Source of the DNA: an uncultured Rhizobiaceae bacterium
Lineage (GTDB): Bacteria; Pseudomonadota; Alphaproteobacteria; UBA828
Length of the DNA: 64,000 nucleotides
Direction of reading: 5' to 3'
Assembly (NCBI GenBank): GCA_964429775.1
Contig: CAYSDJ010000002.1
Location: 60,859-124,858 of the forward strand
Made by a program: the position numbers and the translations under genes. The notes under the pieces are model-generated. The model made no database searches, was not told where the DNA came from, and saw only the letters and a program-made list of their open reading frames with translations. Below, in pieces: positions 36,265-45,082 of this stretch; position 1 is the first letter of the stretch, and each line of letters starts with the position of its first letter.

Positions 36265-36836
36265 CCGCTTCCTTCTCCGCTCAAGAGACCAAACTGGGCG
36301 CGCGCCATGGCAGTATATGCTGCAACCGCATCCGCATCACTTTCCGCCGCCGCCCAGTCAGGATAAATGCTGTCGCCCTCGCCAAGGAATGGTCCGGGCT
36401 TGGATTCATGATAAATCACCGGGTCGCTGAGCGGCATCACGGCGTGATACATGCCGACCGCGATGCGATAAATATCGCCGGCACCGAGCACCGTGGCGTC
36501 ACACACCGCGCCATCCTCATCGAACGCCAACAATCCCAGCTTGCCATCAACCACATGAAAGCACTCACCTTTCGCCGCATGTTTATGCGGGCGATAATAA
36601 TTGCCGCTACGTTCCAACACCACCATGTCGTGGTGCTCGTCCTCCGGTGCCGCGTGCAGGCAGATTCGCACATTGCGCCCGCCGCGCGCCGACGAAACCT
36701 GCTTCATTTCCGCCAACAGCGCCGCATCCACATGCACCGGACGTTGCAGGCAAAAAAACGAAACCGACTTGGCGCCCAAGTCTTCGCGGAGTTTGGCCGG
36801 ATCAGGCGCGAGAAGAGATATTGAAGACAGGGTCAT
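36261..36836 (-). CDS. WbuC-family cupin-fold protein
   Basis: ..VRICLHAAPEDEHHDMVVLERSGNYYRPHKHAAKGECFHVVDGKLGLLAFDEDG.. cupin motif. ATG at 36836 forms an ATGA overlap with the upstream gene stop. Confidence 0.6.
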   Translation of the reverse strand: MTLSSISLLAPDPAKLREDLGAKSVSFFCLQRPVHVDAALLAEMKQVSSARGGRNVRICLHAAPEDEHHDMVVLERSGNYYRPHKHAAKGECFHVVDGKLGLLAFDEDGAVCDATVLGAGDIYRIAVGMYHAVMPLSDPVIYHESKPGPFLGEGDSIYPDWAAAESDADAVAAYTAMARAQFGLLSGEGSG

Positions 36837-37708
36837 TTTGCGGCCATGAGCCCCTGGCAAAATTCTTCTACCCGGCGCGGCGAGAACCCAATTTCGGCGG
36901 CCAGCTTGTCGATTCTCATGCTCACATCGACGGGCCGCATCTCGGGAAATTCAAAGTCATTTATGCGGCACGGCACCGTTTCCACGGCAACCGGCCGCAC
37001 GCGCCGCGCTTGGGTCAAAAGGGCCTCCAGGCACTCCATACGGCTCAGCCCTTCCGGCCCGCCAAGGTGAAACACGCCGCGTATTCGGGCTTCGGCCGCT
37101 TTGAGCAAGGCATCGACGACATCATCCACATGTATCGGTGAAAAGCGCTGATCGCTGGCGCATTTTTGCTGGCCGCCGCGCTCGATTGCCGGCAGCCAAT
37201 TGGTAAAGAGCGTGCCGTCGCCAATCTCTCCGCCATAAACCTTGGCCAGGCGCAAAACGGCATAATCCTCTGTGACGGATTGGAGATAGCGTTCGATTGC
37301 AAGCTTCTGGGCGCCATAGACAAGAATCGGATTTGGCGCATCGGCTTCCGAATATCCGCCCTTATGACCGTCGAATACGAATTCGCTCGAAATGAATATC
37401 GGCCGCACGCCGGCGGCCAACAGATCGTCAATCACGCGTTTGATGCCATCGACATTGACCGCCTGGGAGCGCTCCGGATCGCGCACGCAGGAATCGGGCT
37501 GGGTATCGCCGAGCAGGAGAAGCGCTTGATCATAGGCGGCCAAATCGCCAACAGCCTCGGCAAGGCGCATCACCGTACAATCGAACTTGACCGTGCCGGG
37601 ATAGGCATTGGCGGCATAGGTTGCGCAGTATTGCGCCGGGGTGAGGCGCGCAAGCAAATGCTTGCCAACGAAGCTCGAGCCGCCCAGCACCAGGAGCTTA
37701 GCCATCAA
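36833..37708 (-). CDS. RmlD-like NAD(P)-dependent sugar reductase / epimerase (SDR)
   Basis: LLVLGGSSFVGKHL motif. 291 aa, a size and layout typical of dTDP-4-dehydrorhamnose reductase-like enzymes. Confidence 0.65.
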   Translation of the reverse strand: MMAKLLVLGGSSFVGKHLLARLTPAQYCATYAANAYPGTVKFDCTVMRLAEAVGDLAAYDQALLLLGDTQPDSCVRDPERSQAVNVDGIKRVIDDLLAAGVRPIFISSEFVFDGHKGGYSEADAPNPILVYGAQKLAIERYLQSVTEDYAVLRLAKVYGGEIGDGTLFTNWLPAIERGGQQKCASDQRFSPIHVDDVVDALLKAAEARIRGVFHLGGPEGLSRMECLEALLTQARRVRPVAVETVPCRINDFEFPEMRPVDVSMRIDKLAAEIGFSPRRVEEFCQGLMAAK

Positions 37709-37719
37709 TGGTGCCGTCC

Positions 37720-38385
37720 TTACTCAAAATAGATGAAACCGTAATCACCTTCATATCCGGCCTCAGAAAAACACCAGAGCCACTCATCGGGGGTAAAGAA
37801 ACTTTCGCAGGTGAGTTGCCAATAGAGCAGATTGGCCTTCTCACTTTCGTTTCGGTAGGACTCGACCATGACATATTTGCGCGGGCCCGGGCAGACGCGC
37901 TGGATTTCCTTGAGCGCGGCGATGGCATCGAAGACATATAAATTGTGATAGGTCGCGAGCGAGATGGCGATATCGAACGCGCCATCCTCGAACGGCAGGT
38001 CGGTCGCATTGGCGAACCGCAAATTGCCGCGCACCTCCTCCTTGGCATTGGCGAGACCATATTCGGAAATATCCACGCCGGTGACTTCAAGGCCCGGGAT
38101 CACCTGGGTCAACTCGAAGATGAGATAAGCCTTGCCGCAGCCGACATCGAGAAGCCGGTCACCGGCCTTCATATTGTAATGCGCCGCCATGCGCTCGGCG
38201 ATCGGGCGCCAGCGGCCATCATAGGAATAGCCGCCATAGCCGTGATGACGCGCGCCATCCCAATAATCCTCGCCGAATTTCTTGGCGATGGTGGCGCACT
38301 CGGCCTTGTCCGCCTCGGTGACGCGAGCGACATAATCGCGCGCGGTCGCGCGGTGCACCGGGCCGATAAAGTCGATCAGTTCCAT
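37720..38385 (-). CDS. Class I SAM-dependent methyltransferase
   Basis: Motif I LLDVGCGKAYLIFEL, then post-I DISE and AFDIAISL. ATG at 38385 (10-nt overlap with the upstream ORF). An alternative GTG lies at 38433. Confidence 0.8.
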   Translation of the reverse strand: MELIDFIGPVHRATARDYVARVTEADKAECATIAKKFGEDYWDGARHHGYGGYSYDGRWRPIAERMAAHYNMKAGDRLLDVGCGKAYLIFELTQVIPGLEVTGVDISEYGLANAKEEVRGNLRFANATDLPFEDGAFDIAISLATYHNLYVFDAIAALKEIQRVCPGPRKYVMVESYRNESEKANLLYWQLTCESFFTPDEWLWCFSEAGYEGDYGFIYFE

Positions 38386-38801
38386 TCGGGGAGTTCTTTC
38401 GGACAAAGCGGAAGGATATTGCGCATCAGCCACAGGGCTTCCATTCTTTCAATATCCGGCTCGGATTTGAGTACCAAACCTTCAACCGCAAAATGCATGC
38501 TGGCGTCTGCTTCGATGACGGCACGATAGATCGCTTCGCGCTCGGCCAATTGGGACGGCAGCATAAACAGCGAATAACAGATCAGCCCTTCCAATTGTGC
38601 CAAGTCGCCCAGCAATTGCTCCAATATCATGTAGCAGTTGGGCATGGAGTATTCGGTCGCGCTCAGCAAATAGTGCAGTTTCTGCCGCTCGGCATATTTG
38701 CTGATGATGATATTCTGCACATGCTGCGCGGCGCGCTCGCCCATGAAGGGGCGGCTGGCGTTATAGCCGCGATAGCCGGCTCGGCCAGGGTTAGAAGCCA
38801 T
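38376..38801 (-). CDS. Small hypothetical protein (about 141 aa), unknown family
   Basis: ORF wedged between the oxygenase and methyltransferase genes, overlapping both (ATGGCTTCTAA and ATGGAACTGA junctions). The sequence from MASNPGRAGY.. onward looks protein-like (..YAERQKLHYLLSATEYSMPNCYMILEQLLGDLAQLEGL..). Confidence 0.45.
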   Translation of the reverse strand: MASNPGRAGYRGYNASRPFMGERAAQHVQNIIISKYAERQKLHYLLSATEYSMPNCYMILEQLLGDLAQLEGLICYSLFMLPSQLAEREAIYRAVIEADASMHFAVEGLVLKSEPDIERMEALWLMRNILPLCPKELPEWN

Positions 38802-39618
38802 CAGGCAACTCATAGGAGAGGCCGATGCGCGATGCGGCGCGCAAGGTGATCGGCTCGAAGAATTCGCCGAGGCGTTTTTCGGCATAGGGCGTGAAGGCGC
38901 CCTTGAAGCGGCAATTCATCGACCAGCGCGTCTCGCTCTCCACATTTATTCGATTGCCGTGCATCACATTCTGATTGAAAAGCAGCACGTTGCCATAGGG
39001 TATATCGATCCAGATGAGATGCGGCTCTACTTCTTCAAACAAGTCATCCGTACTGCGCCCACTAAATTCCTTCAGGCGCGCCTGCACCTCGGCATTCACT
39101 TCCGGTGGCGCGAGAAACATCGATTTGGTTTTGAAACAATCGACCAGCGGCAACCACAAAACCATCTCAAAAGGCGAATCGCCATCCCACACATCGCAAT
39201 GGATGGGGAGGAGTGAGCTGTCATCGCCGGGTAATTGGATGCTCAAATTGACACGCCGCTGCATCGCCAATTCATTGCCGATGAGGCATTCCAGCGCCGT
39301 TCTGGCGAGTTCGAAATAAGTCGGCCGCAACCAGGGTTGGCGATTGACTCCTTCGAAAACGCTCAGGCGAAAATCATTGAGTTCCGCCACCCCAACCCGC
39401 TCAGCAATGGAGTTAAGAAAGGCGCCCGCATCGTCAGGCTGCGCGCATTTCAGCAAATCGACACAATGCGCAACAATCTCAGCGCGGATCTTGTCCAGAC
39501 CGGCCAGATTTTCGACCGGCAGGATGCAATAGCCCTGCTCGATGAACTGCTTGGAAAGGGTGATTTCCTCAGCCGTAAGAAATGCATTGGCTTCGATATT
39601 TTGCAAAATCTTAGACAT
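38791..39618 (-). CDS. 2-oxoglutarate/Fe(II)-dependent oxygenase (phytanoyl-CoA dioxygenase-like, carbohydrate-cluster type)
   Basis: HxD...H facial triad candidates LPIHCDVWDG and NVMHGNRIN. 275 aa. Confidence 0.6.
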   Translation of the reverse strand: MSKILQNIEANAFLTAEEITLSKQFIEQGYCILPVENLAGLDKIRAEIVAHCVDLLKCAQPDDAGAFLNSIAERVGVAELNDFRLSVFEGVNRQPWLRPTYFELARTALECLIGNELAMQRRVNLSIQLPGDDSSLLPIHCDVWDGDSPFEMVLWLPLVDCFKTKSMFLAPPEVNAEVQARLKEFSGRSTDDLFEEVEPHLIWIDIPYGNVLLFNQNVMHGNRINVESETRWSMNCRFKGAFTPYAEKRLGEFFEPITLRAASRIGLSYELPDGF

Positions 39619-39627
39619 TTGAATCCC

Positions 39628-40551
39628 CTAATCGAGCGCTTCCGACACCACAGCCGCAACATTTTTAGGCGTAATGCCAAAGAGCCGCATCAAATCATCC
39701 TGGCGGCCATAATTTTGCGGGAATGCATCCGGCACACCAATACGGCGGAATTTTACCGCCGCCGCCTCATCCCACTCTGCCATTAATTCGGCCACGGCGC
39801 TGCCCAAACCGCCGATGATGGAATGTTCTTCGACGCTGACAACGGCGCGGACATTCGGAATCCGCGCTTGCAATGCCGCTTTATCGAGCGGCTTTACCGT
39901 ATGCAAATGCAGGATGCCGGCGCTGATGCCGTCCTGCTCCAGTCGCTCCGCCGCCTCGAGCGCAACTTGCAGAGTCACCCCGGTGGTTACCAGGAGCGCG
40001 TCCGTGCCCTTGCGCATTTCGATGGCGCGGCCAATCTCGAACGGTAAATCGTCGCGGCTGACAACTTTATCGCCGCCTTTTGCCAGGCGGATATAGACCG
40101 GCCCCGGCCAATCGATGGTTTGCGGAATGAGACGCTTCATTTCCTCCGCATCCGAAGGTGCCACAATCGTCATGTTGGGAATGGCGCGCAGGATGGCGAT
40201 ATCGTCCGTCGCCAAATGGGTCGGGCCGAGCGGCGCATAAACCAAGCCGCCGCCATTGCCAATCAGGCGCACATTGACATTGTGCAGGCAGGCGTCATTG
40301 ACCAATTGCTCGAAGCAGCGCCGGGTGAGGAAGGTCGCGATGGTGTTGACGTAAACGATCCTGCCGTCCATCGCCATGCCGCTCGCCATGCCGACAACAT
40401 GCGCTTCACTCACCCCCTCCATAAAAAAGCGCTCGGGAATATCGCGCTTGAAATCATCGAGCGTTCCCGCGCCCAGATCCGAGCCGATAAAGACGATGCG
40501 CTCGTCCTTCAGGGCATGCTCATAGACTTTGTTGAGGCTCGTCTTACGCAT
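39628..40551 (-). CDS. Transketolase, C-terminal (pyrimidine-binding + C-terminal domain) subunit
   Basis: ..IVFIGSDLGAGTL..FFMEGVSEAHVVGMASGMAMDGRIVYV..TIVAPSD.. typical of split-transketolase subunit B. 307 aa. ATGA overlap with the N-terminal subunit gene. Confidence 0.85.
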   Translation of the reverse strand: MRKTSLNKVYEHALKDERIVFIGSDLGAGTLDDFKRDIPERFFMEGVSEAHVVGMASGMAMDGRIVYVNTIATFLTRRCFEQLVNDACLHNVNVRLIGNGGGLVYAPLGPTHLATDDIAILRAIPNMTIVAPSDAEEMKRLIPQTIDWPGPVYIRLAKGGDKVVSRDDLPFEIGRAIEMRKGTDALLVTTGVTLQVALEAAERLEQDGISAGILHLHTVKPLDKAALQARIPNVRAVVSVEEHSIIGGLGSAVAELMAEWDEAAAVKFRRIGVPDAFPQNYGRQDDLMRLFGITPKNVAAVVSEALD

Positions 40552-41381
40552 CAGGCGGATTCCAAGGCATCATAGAGTTCCTTAAAGCCGTCCTCACCGA
40601 TGCGGCTTTGGTGATGCCAGGCCGGATTGCCTTCGGCGAAGGAAATCCCCTTGCCTTTGACGGTATGGCAGACAATCGCCATGGGACGCCCGGGTACGAA
40701 GGGCTTCGGCTGGAGCAGCGTGCGCAACGCATCGACATCATGGCCGTCGACTTCCTCGGCGGCAAAACCGAACGCCGTCCATTTGTCCAACAGCGGCTCC
40801 AAATCCAAAACTTCGCTGGTCGGCCCGTAGGATTGCAATTTATTGTAATCCACCAGCACCGTCAGATTGTCGAGGCCATGCTTGACGGCGCTCATGGCGC
40901 CCTCCCAAATCGAGCCCTCGTTGATTTCACCGTCTCCGGTGACCACATAGACACGCCGCGCCGAACCCTCCATGCGCGCCGCCAGCGCCATGCCGATGCC
41001 AATCGAAAGGCCGTGCCCGAGCGCGCCGGTCGATGCCTCGACGCCGGGCACCTTGCCGGCATCCGGATGGCCGCCGAGGATGCCGTCAAAGGCGCAAAAT
41101 TTATCAAGCTCACCCTCGGGGAAATATTTCTTGTCGGCGAGAATGGCGTAAAGCGCGAGGCAACCATGGCCCTTGCTCAAAATGCAGCGGTCGCGATCCC
41201 GCCATTCCGGTTCGTCGCTGCGAAAATTGAGGATGTCGTCATAAAGCACCCGCATTATTTCAATTAAAGAGAAGGCGGCGCCGACATGGCCGCGGTCGGC
41301 GCCCTGCATCATGCGCAAGACGCTGCGGCGCAAATCCTTCGACCTGGCATCGAGCGGCGGCGGTGAATTCTTAAGCAGCAT
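40551..41381 (-). CDS. Transketolase, N-terminal (ThDP/PP-binding) subunit
   Basis: ..GHVGAAFSLIEIM..SKGHGCLALYA..GHP..STGALGHGLSIGIGMA..VTGDGEINEGSIWEGAM..DYN.. motifs. Start set at ATG 41381 (276 aa). The upstream part of the track ORF overlaps the kinase gene. Confidence 0.85.
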   Translation of the reverse strand: MLLKNSPPPLDARSKDLRRSVLRMMQGADRGHVGAAFSLIEIMRVLYDDILNFRSDEPEWRDRDRCILSKGHGCLALYAILADKKYFPEGELDKFCAFDGILGGHPDAGKVPGVEASTGALGHGLSIGIGMALAARMEGSARRVYVVTGDGEINEGSIWEGAMSAVKHGLDNLTVLVDYNKLQSYGPTSEVLDLEPLLDKWTAFGFAAEEVDGHDVDALRTLLQPKPFVPGRPMAIVCHTVKGKGISFAEGNPAWHHQSRIGEDGFKELYDALESA

Positions 41382-42453
41382 AGGGAAACTCTTCATTGGC
41401 ACGGATGGCATTATTGAGAAACTTCTTGGCTTTATCCAATTGGCCGCTGAGATGCGTCTCCACTTCTGCTTCGTCATGACCGGAAAATACGCGCCGCTGC
41501 CAATCGGCCGGCGAAAATTCATTGAGGATGATGAATACCCATTTGAGGCCAAACAGGGGGAAATAGGTGCGCAGCCGTTCGCTGAGCCCCGGGTCGTCAA
41601 ACGCCGCGAGAGATTGCGAAAGAAAAATATCGCCATGCTGCCGGCTCAAATTCATCGCCGGATGCAGGAGAAAATCCGCAATCGTTTTGGCCGGGTCGTC
41701 CCAGCCGAAATACTCGAAATCGACAAACACCAGTGTGCCGTCGCCGCGCCGTATCGCATTGTGAAATCCAAAATCCGACGGGCTCAGGGTGCGCCAACAT
41801 GCATCCAACGCCGTCTCTGATCTTCGCTCCGAGCGGGCGCGGGCGGATTCGGCCATGTTTTCCAGCGCCGGTGCGATTTCATTGTCGCGCAGCGCACACA
41901 GCTCCTCAAACACGGGTGATTGCGGCTCGACATTGTTCAGACGATTCAATCGAAGGCGCAAATTATCAAGCACGTCATCGAGCGAGAAACAGGCTTCCGC
42001 CGCCGCAGGTAAATCCTTCGCTTGCGGCAGTTTTGCCAGCTCACGCAAGCGCTTTAGAAAACCAACAGCCTGGCCAATATCATCCGCTTCCGGCGTGCGG
42101 TCATTTGCCGGCAAGCCATCGACATGGCGATAAACAGCGACACCTTGATCGCGGTCACAGGCCAGAGGTTCGGCGGTTTGCCTCACACCGTAGCGCCATA
42201 AAAATTCCAAGCCGCCGAACTCGGCGTCAAGGCGGCTCGTGGGGTTGGTCGACTGTTGGAAATATTGTTTGGCAACGAAGCATTCACCGCTATCGCCCGT
42301 AACCTTGAACAGTTTATTGTTGCCGCCACCGGCCATGCGCTCGATCCCATCCGGCTGGATGCCGAGAAGGCGCGCGACGGATTGCGCGACGGCGGCGGCA
42401 TTCTGATCCGTGTTGGAATCAAGCGGGGCCAAGGAGATGAGCCGATATGTCAT
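41371..42453 (-). CDS. APH/choline-kinase-family small-molecule kinase
   Basis: G-loop-like GGGNNKLFKV and catalytic/Brenner region SPSDFGFHNAIRRGDGTLVFVDFEYFGWDDP. Start at the internal ATG (MTYRLISL) at 42453. Upstream codons look non-coding. Confidence 0.7.
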   Translation of the reverse strand: MTYRLISLAPLDSNTDQNAAAVAQSVARLLGIQPDGIERMAGGGNNKLFKVTGDSGECFVAKQYFQQSTNPTSRLDAEFGGLEFLWRYGVRQTAEPLACDRDQGVAVYRHVDGLPANDRTPEADDIGQAVGFLKRLRELAKLPQAKDLPAAAEACFSLDDVLDNLRLRLNRLNNVEPQSPVFEELCALRDNEIAPALENMAESARARSERRSETALDACWRTLSPSDFGFHNAIRRGDGTLVFVDFEYFGWDDPAKTIADFLLHPAMNLSRQHGDIFLSQSLAAFDDPGLSERLRTYFPLFGLKWVFIILNEFSPADWQRRVFSGHDEAEVETHLSGQLDKAKKFLNNAIRANEEFPYAA

Positions 42454-43048
42454 GCCAGGACGCGAATGTCCCGGCGGCTGAATTGGATTGGCTTGTGCTT
42501 TGATCGAAGAGCAATTTCTCCACTCCTGCGGGGAACTCCGGATCGTCGAATACCTCAACCAGATCGTCGATGAAGTGGCTGCAGTTGAGCGCCTTGATGC
42601 AGGCAATCTTTTCGCTCCGCGTGGCAGCGAAATTTACCTGCGCCCGGTCCAGCCCGCCGCCCGATGGCGCGAACAGGCCGCGGCGCTCCATCCAACCGAG
42701 GGCCGCTTGGCGCAAATTGGTCTTGGTGCTGTCGAAATTGGCATATTCCGTCTTGTGGCTGATGACATGGAGCGGGATCGCCCGCGCCCGGCAGCGGCTG
42801 AGAAACTCCTCCACGCCTTCGATCAGCTCGGCGCCATCGATGCCGGGGCCATAGATCTCTGCCTGAATTTTCTGCCAGCTATTCTCGCCATCGGGCGTTA
42901 AACGAATGGCATCGCGCATCGCTTTCTTACTCGCCGGAACTGTCGCATCGATAAGTCCCATGCGCAGGGCGGTGGCGCGGATAAGCCGATCATAGGAAAT
43001 GATGGTGTTGTCAAAATCCACCCCGATGATGGCGCGGCTTGCGATCAG
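42419..43048 (-). CDS. HAD-superfamily hydrolase (phosphatase-like)
   Basis: Motif I in context ..RAIIGVDFDNTIISYD. The track ORF starts at GTG 43021, directly on the motif. The frame is open upstream and a CTG at 43048 overlaps the upstream gene's TGA (CTGA). Start uncertain. Confidence 0.65.
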   Translation of the reverse strand: MIASRAIIGVDFDNTIISYDRLIRATALRMGLIDATVPASKKAMRDAIRLTPDGENSWQKIQAEIYGPGIDGAELIEGVEEFLSRCRARAIPLHVISHKTEYANFDSTKTNLRQAALGWMERRGLFAPSGGGLDRAQVNFAATRSEKIACIKALNCSHFIDDLVEVFDDPEFPAGVEKLLFDQSTSQSNSAAGTFASWHDISAHLLGPA

Positions 43049-44049
43049 CTGAAGTCCATCGATTGCAACAGTTTGATGTTGAAATATTTCGGGTCGTTCA
43101 TCGAATCGGGTACCTTGCCGGCCTGAAAGGCATCGAGCAGCGAGCGCACCGCATCGTCGATCGTGTGGCTCGGACGAAAGCCGATCTGGCGGTAGATGCG
43201 CTCCGACGAAATGCGGTAGGAGCGCAGATCATCGGTCGGCTGCGTCTCAACCGCGACCGCGCCGCCGATAACGCCGCGCACCTTGTCGGCGATATCGCGG
43301 ACACTGTGATTTTCGTAGCCGACATTGAAAATCTGGCCATCGAAAGATTCGCGCGGCCAGGCGAGGCAGGCGACATAGAGATCGGTCATATCCTCAATAT
43401 GAATATTGGGCCTCGTTTGCGCACCGCCGAAGACCGTGATCTTGCCGTTGTTGATGGCATGATTGGTGAGGATATTGACGGTCAAATCGAGCCTCAGGCG
43501 CGGCGCATATCCGCACACCGTGGCTGGGCGAATGACCAGGGTCTCGAAGGCCGCAGAGCGGCGCTGAAGCAATACATCCTCACACAACGCCTTGTATTTC
43601 GAATAATCGGTCAAGGGCTCGAGCGAGAGCTCCTCCGTCACCTCGGCCTCATCCTTGACGCCATAGACGCTTGACGAAGAGGCGTAAACGAATCGCTCTA
43701 CCCCGGCTTCGACCGACGCATCGACCAGGGTGACAAAGGCGTCGTAATTGATCTCTTTGCCGATTTCGGGATTGAGGTCGAAGGACGGATCGTTCGAGAC
43801 GCAAGCCAAGTGGATCACCATGTCGCAACCCTTAAGCGCTTGAGCGACAGTGGCCGGGTCTCGGATATCGCCGCGCACCTCGGTCAATCCCGGCTGATGG
43901 CGGCATCCGGCCAGGACATCCTCGCCAAAGAGATAAAGGTCGAGCACGGTGACCTTGTGCCCCTCTGCGAGCAGTTTCGGCACCAGCATGCTGCCGACAT
44001 ATCCAGCGCCGCCGGTGACGAGAATATGGCGCTTCTTATCAAGGCTCAT
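43045..44049 (-). CDS. NAD-dependent nucleotide-sugar epimerase/dehydratase (extended SDR)
   Basis: HILVTGGAGYVGSML motif, YSKYK catalytic motif. Start at internal ATG 44049 (ATGA overlap with the upstream gene). 334 aa. Confidence 0.8.
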   Translation of the reverse strand: MSLDKKRHILVTGGAGYVGSMLVPKLLAEGHKVTVLDLYLFGEDVLAGCRHQPGLTEVRGDIRDPATVAQALKGCDMVIHLACVSNDPSFDLNPEIGKEINYDAFVTLVDASVEAGVERFVYASSSSVYGVKDEAEVTEELSLEPLTDYSKYKALCEDVLLQRRSAAFETLVIRPATVCGYAPRLRLDLTVNILTNHAINNGKITVFGGAQTRPNIHIEDMTDLYVACLAWPRESFDGQIFNVGYENHSVRDIADKVRGVIGGAVAVETQPTDDLRSYRISSERIYRQIGFRPSHTIDDAVRSLLDAFQAGKVPDSMNDPKYFNIKLLQSMDFS

Positions 44050-45041
44050 GTCGCTGACTTCCCGAGATAGCGGAACCAGGTTTCGGTTGCCTGCTCGATA
44101 CCGCTTTCCGTCCACACCGGTGCGTCGCGCCACATCTCGATATTTTCCAGCATGATTTCGACGCCCTCTTGGAATGGCGTCTCGGCCTGCCAGCCCAGCA
44201 GGCGCTGAATTTTTGAAATATCGGCCTGGGTGCAATCGGGCTCGCCGGGGCGTTTGGGAATATGAACCCGATCGCCGCCCAGCATGGCGGCAATATCATT
44301 GACGCTTTGCGGTGTGCCGGTGCCGACATTCATAATCTCACCGGCGACCTCGCTCTCGACCGTCATGACAAGCGCGTTGACGATATCCTTCACATAGGTG
44401 AAGTCGCGCGTCTGCGAGCCGTCGCCAACAATGGTCAACGGCTTGCCCGCCAGTTTCTGCGCCAGGAAAACGCTGAATACGGCGCCATAGCTTCCGGTGG
44501 TGCGCGAGCGCGGGCCGAAAATGTTGAAGGCGCGCAGTGAATTTGCCGCCAGGCCGTAAGTCTGGCTCCAATGCATGACCATTTGCTCGCCGAGATATTT
44601 GCTCAGCGCGTAGGGGTACATGGTGTTAATCGCCGCCGTTTCCGGCGTCGGGAAAATATCGGGCAGGCCGTAGCAGGATGACGACGCCATATAGACGAGG
44701 CGCTTGACGCCGGCCTGGCGCGATGCTTCGAGCGTCGCGATGGTGCCATCGACATTCGAGTGGTGATATTTCATCGGCTGCTCAATCGACGGCACCACAT
44801 CGGCCAGCGCCGCAATGTGATACACCCAGTCGACATCCTTGAAATGTGGCGACGCGGCGGCAAAATCAGCGATATCGATCTCGTGTAGAACCAAGGCGGG
44901 GTTGGCCGCCATGGTCGCCAAATTTTCGCGCCGGCCGGAAGCAAAATTGTCCAACACAACCACATCATGGCCATCGCCAAGCAGTCTTTCGGCGATGTGG
45001 CTGCCGACGAAACCGGCACCGCCGGTGATCAGACACTTCAT
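44046..45041 (-). CDS. NAD-dependent nucleotide-sugar epimerase/dehydratase (UDP-glucose 4-epimerase / UDP-GlcA decarboxylase-like)
   Basis: MKCLITGGAGFVGSHIAERLL, YALSK. 331 aa. Confidence 0.8.
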   Translation of the reverse strand: MKCLITGGAGFVGSHIAERLLGDGHDVVVLDNFASGRRENLATMAANPALVLHEIDIADFAAASPHFKDVDWVYHIAALADVVPSIEQPMKYHHSNVDGTIATLEASRQAGVKRLVYMASSSCYGLPDIFPTPETAAINTMYPYALSKYLGEQMVMHWSQTYGLAANSLRAFNIFGPRSRTTGSYGAVFSVFLAQKLAGKPLTIVGDGSQTRDFTYVKDIVNALVMTVESEVAGEIMNVGTGTPQSVNDIAAMLGGDRVHIPKRPGEPDCTQADISKIQRLLGWQAETPFQEGVEIMLENIEMWRDAPVWTESGIEQATETWFRYLGKSAT

Positions 45042-45082
45042 ATCAGAGATGTTCTCCCAACGAACTCAGGGCTCGCAACAAA

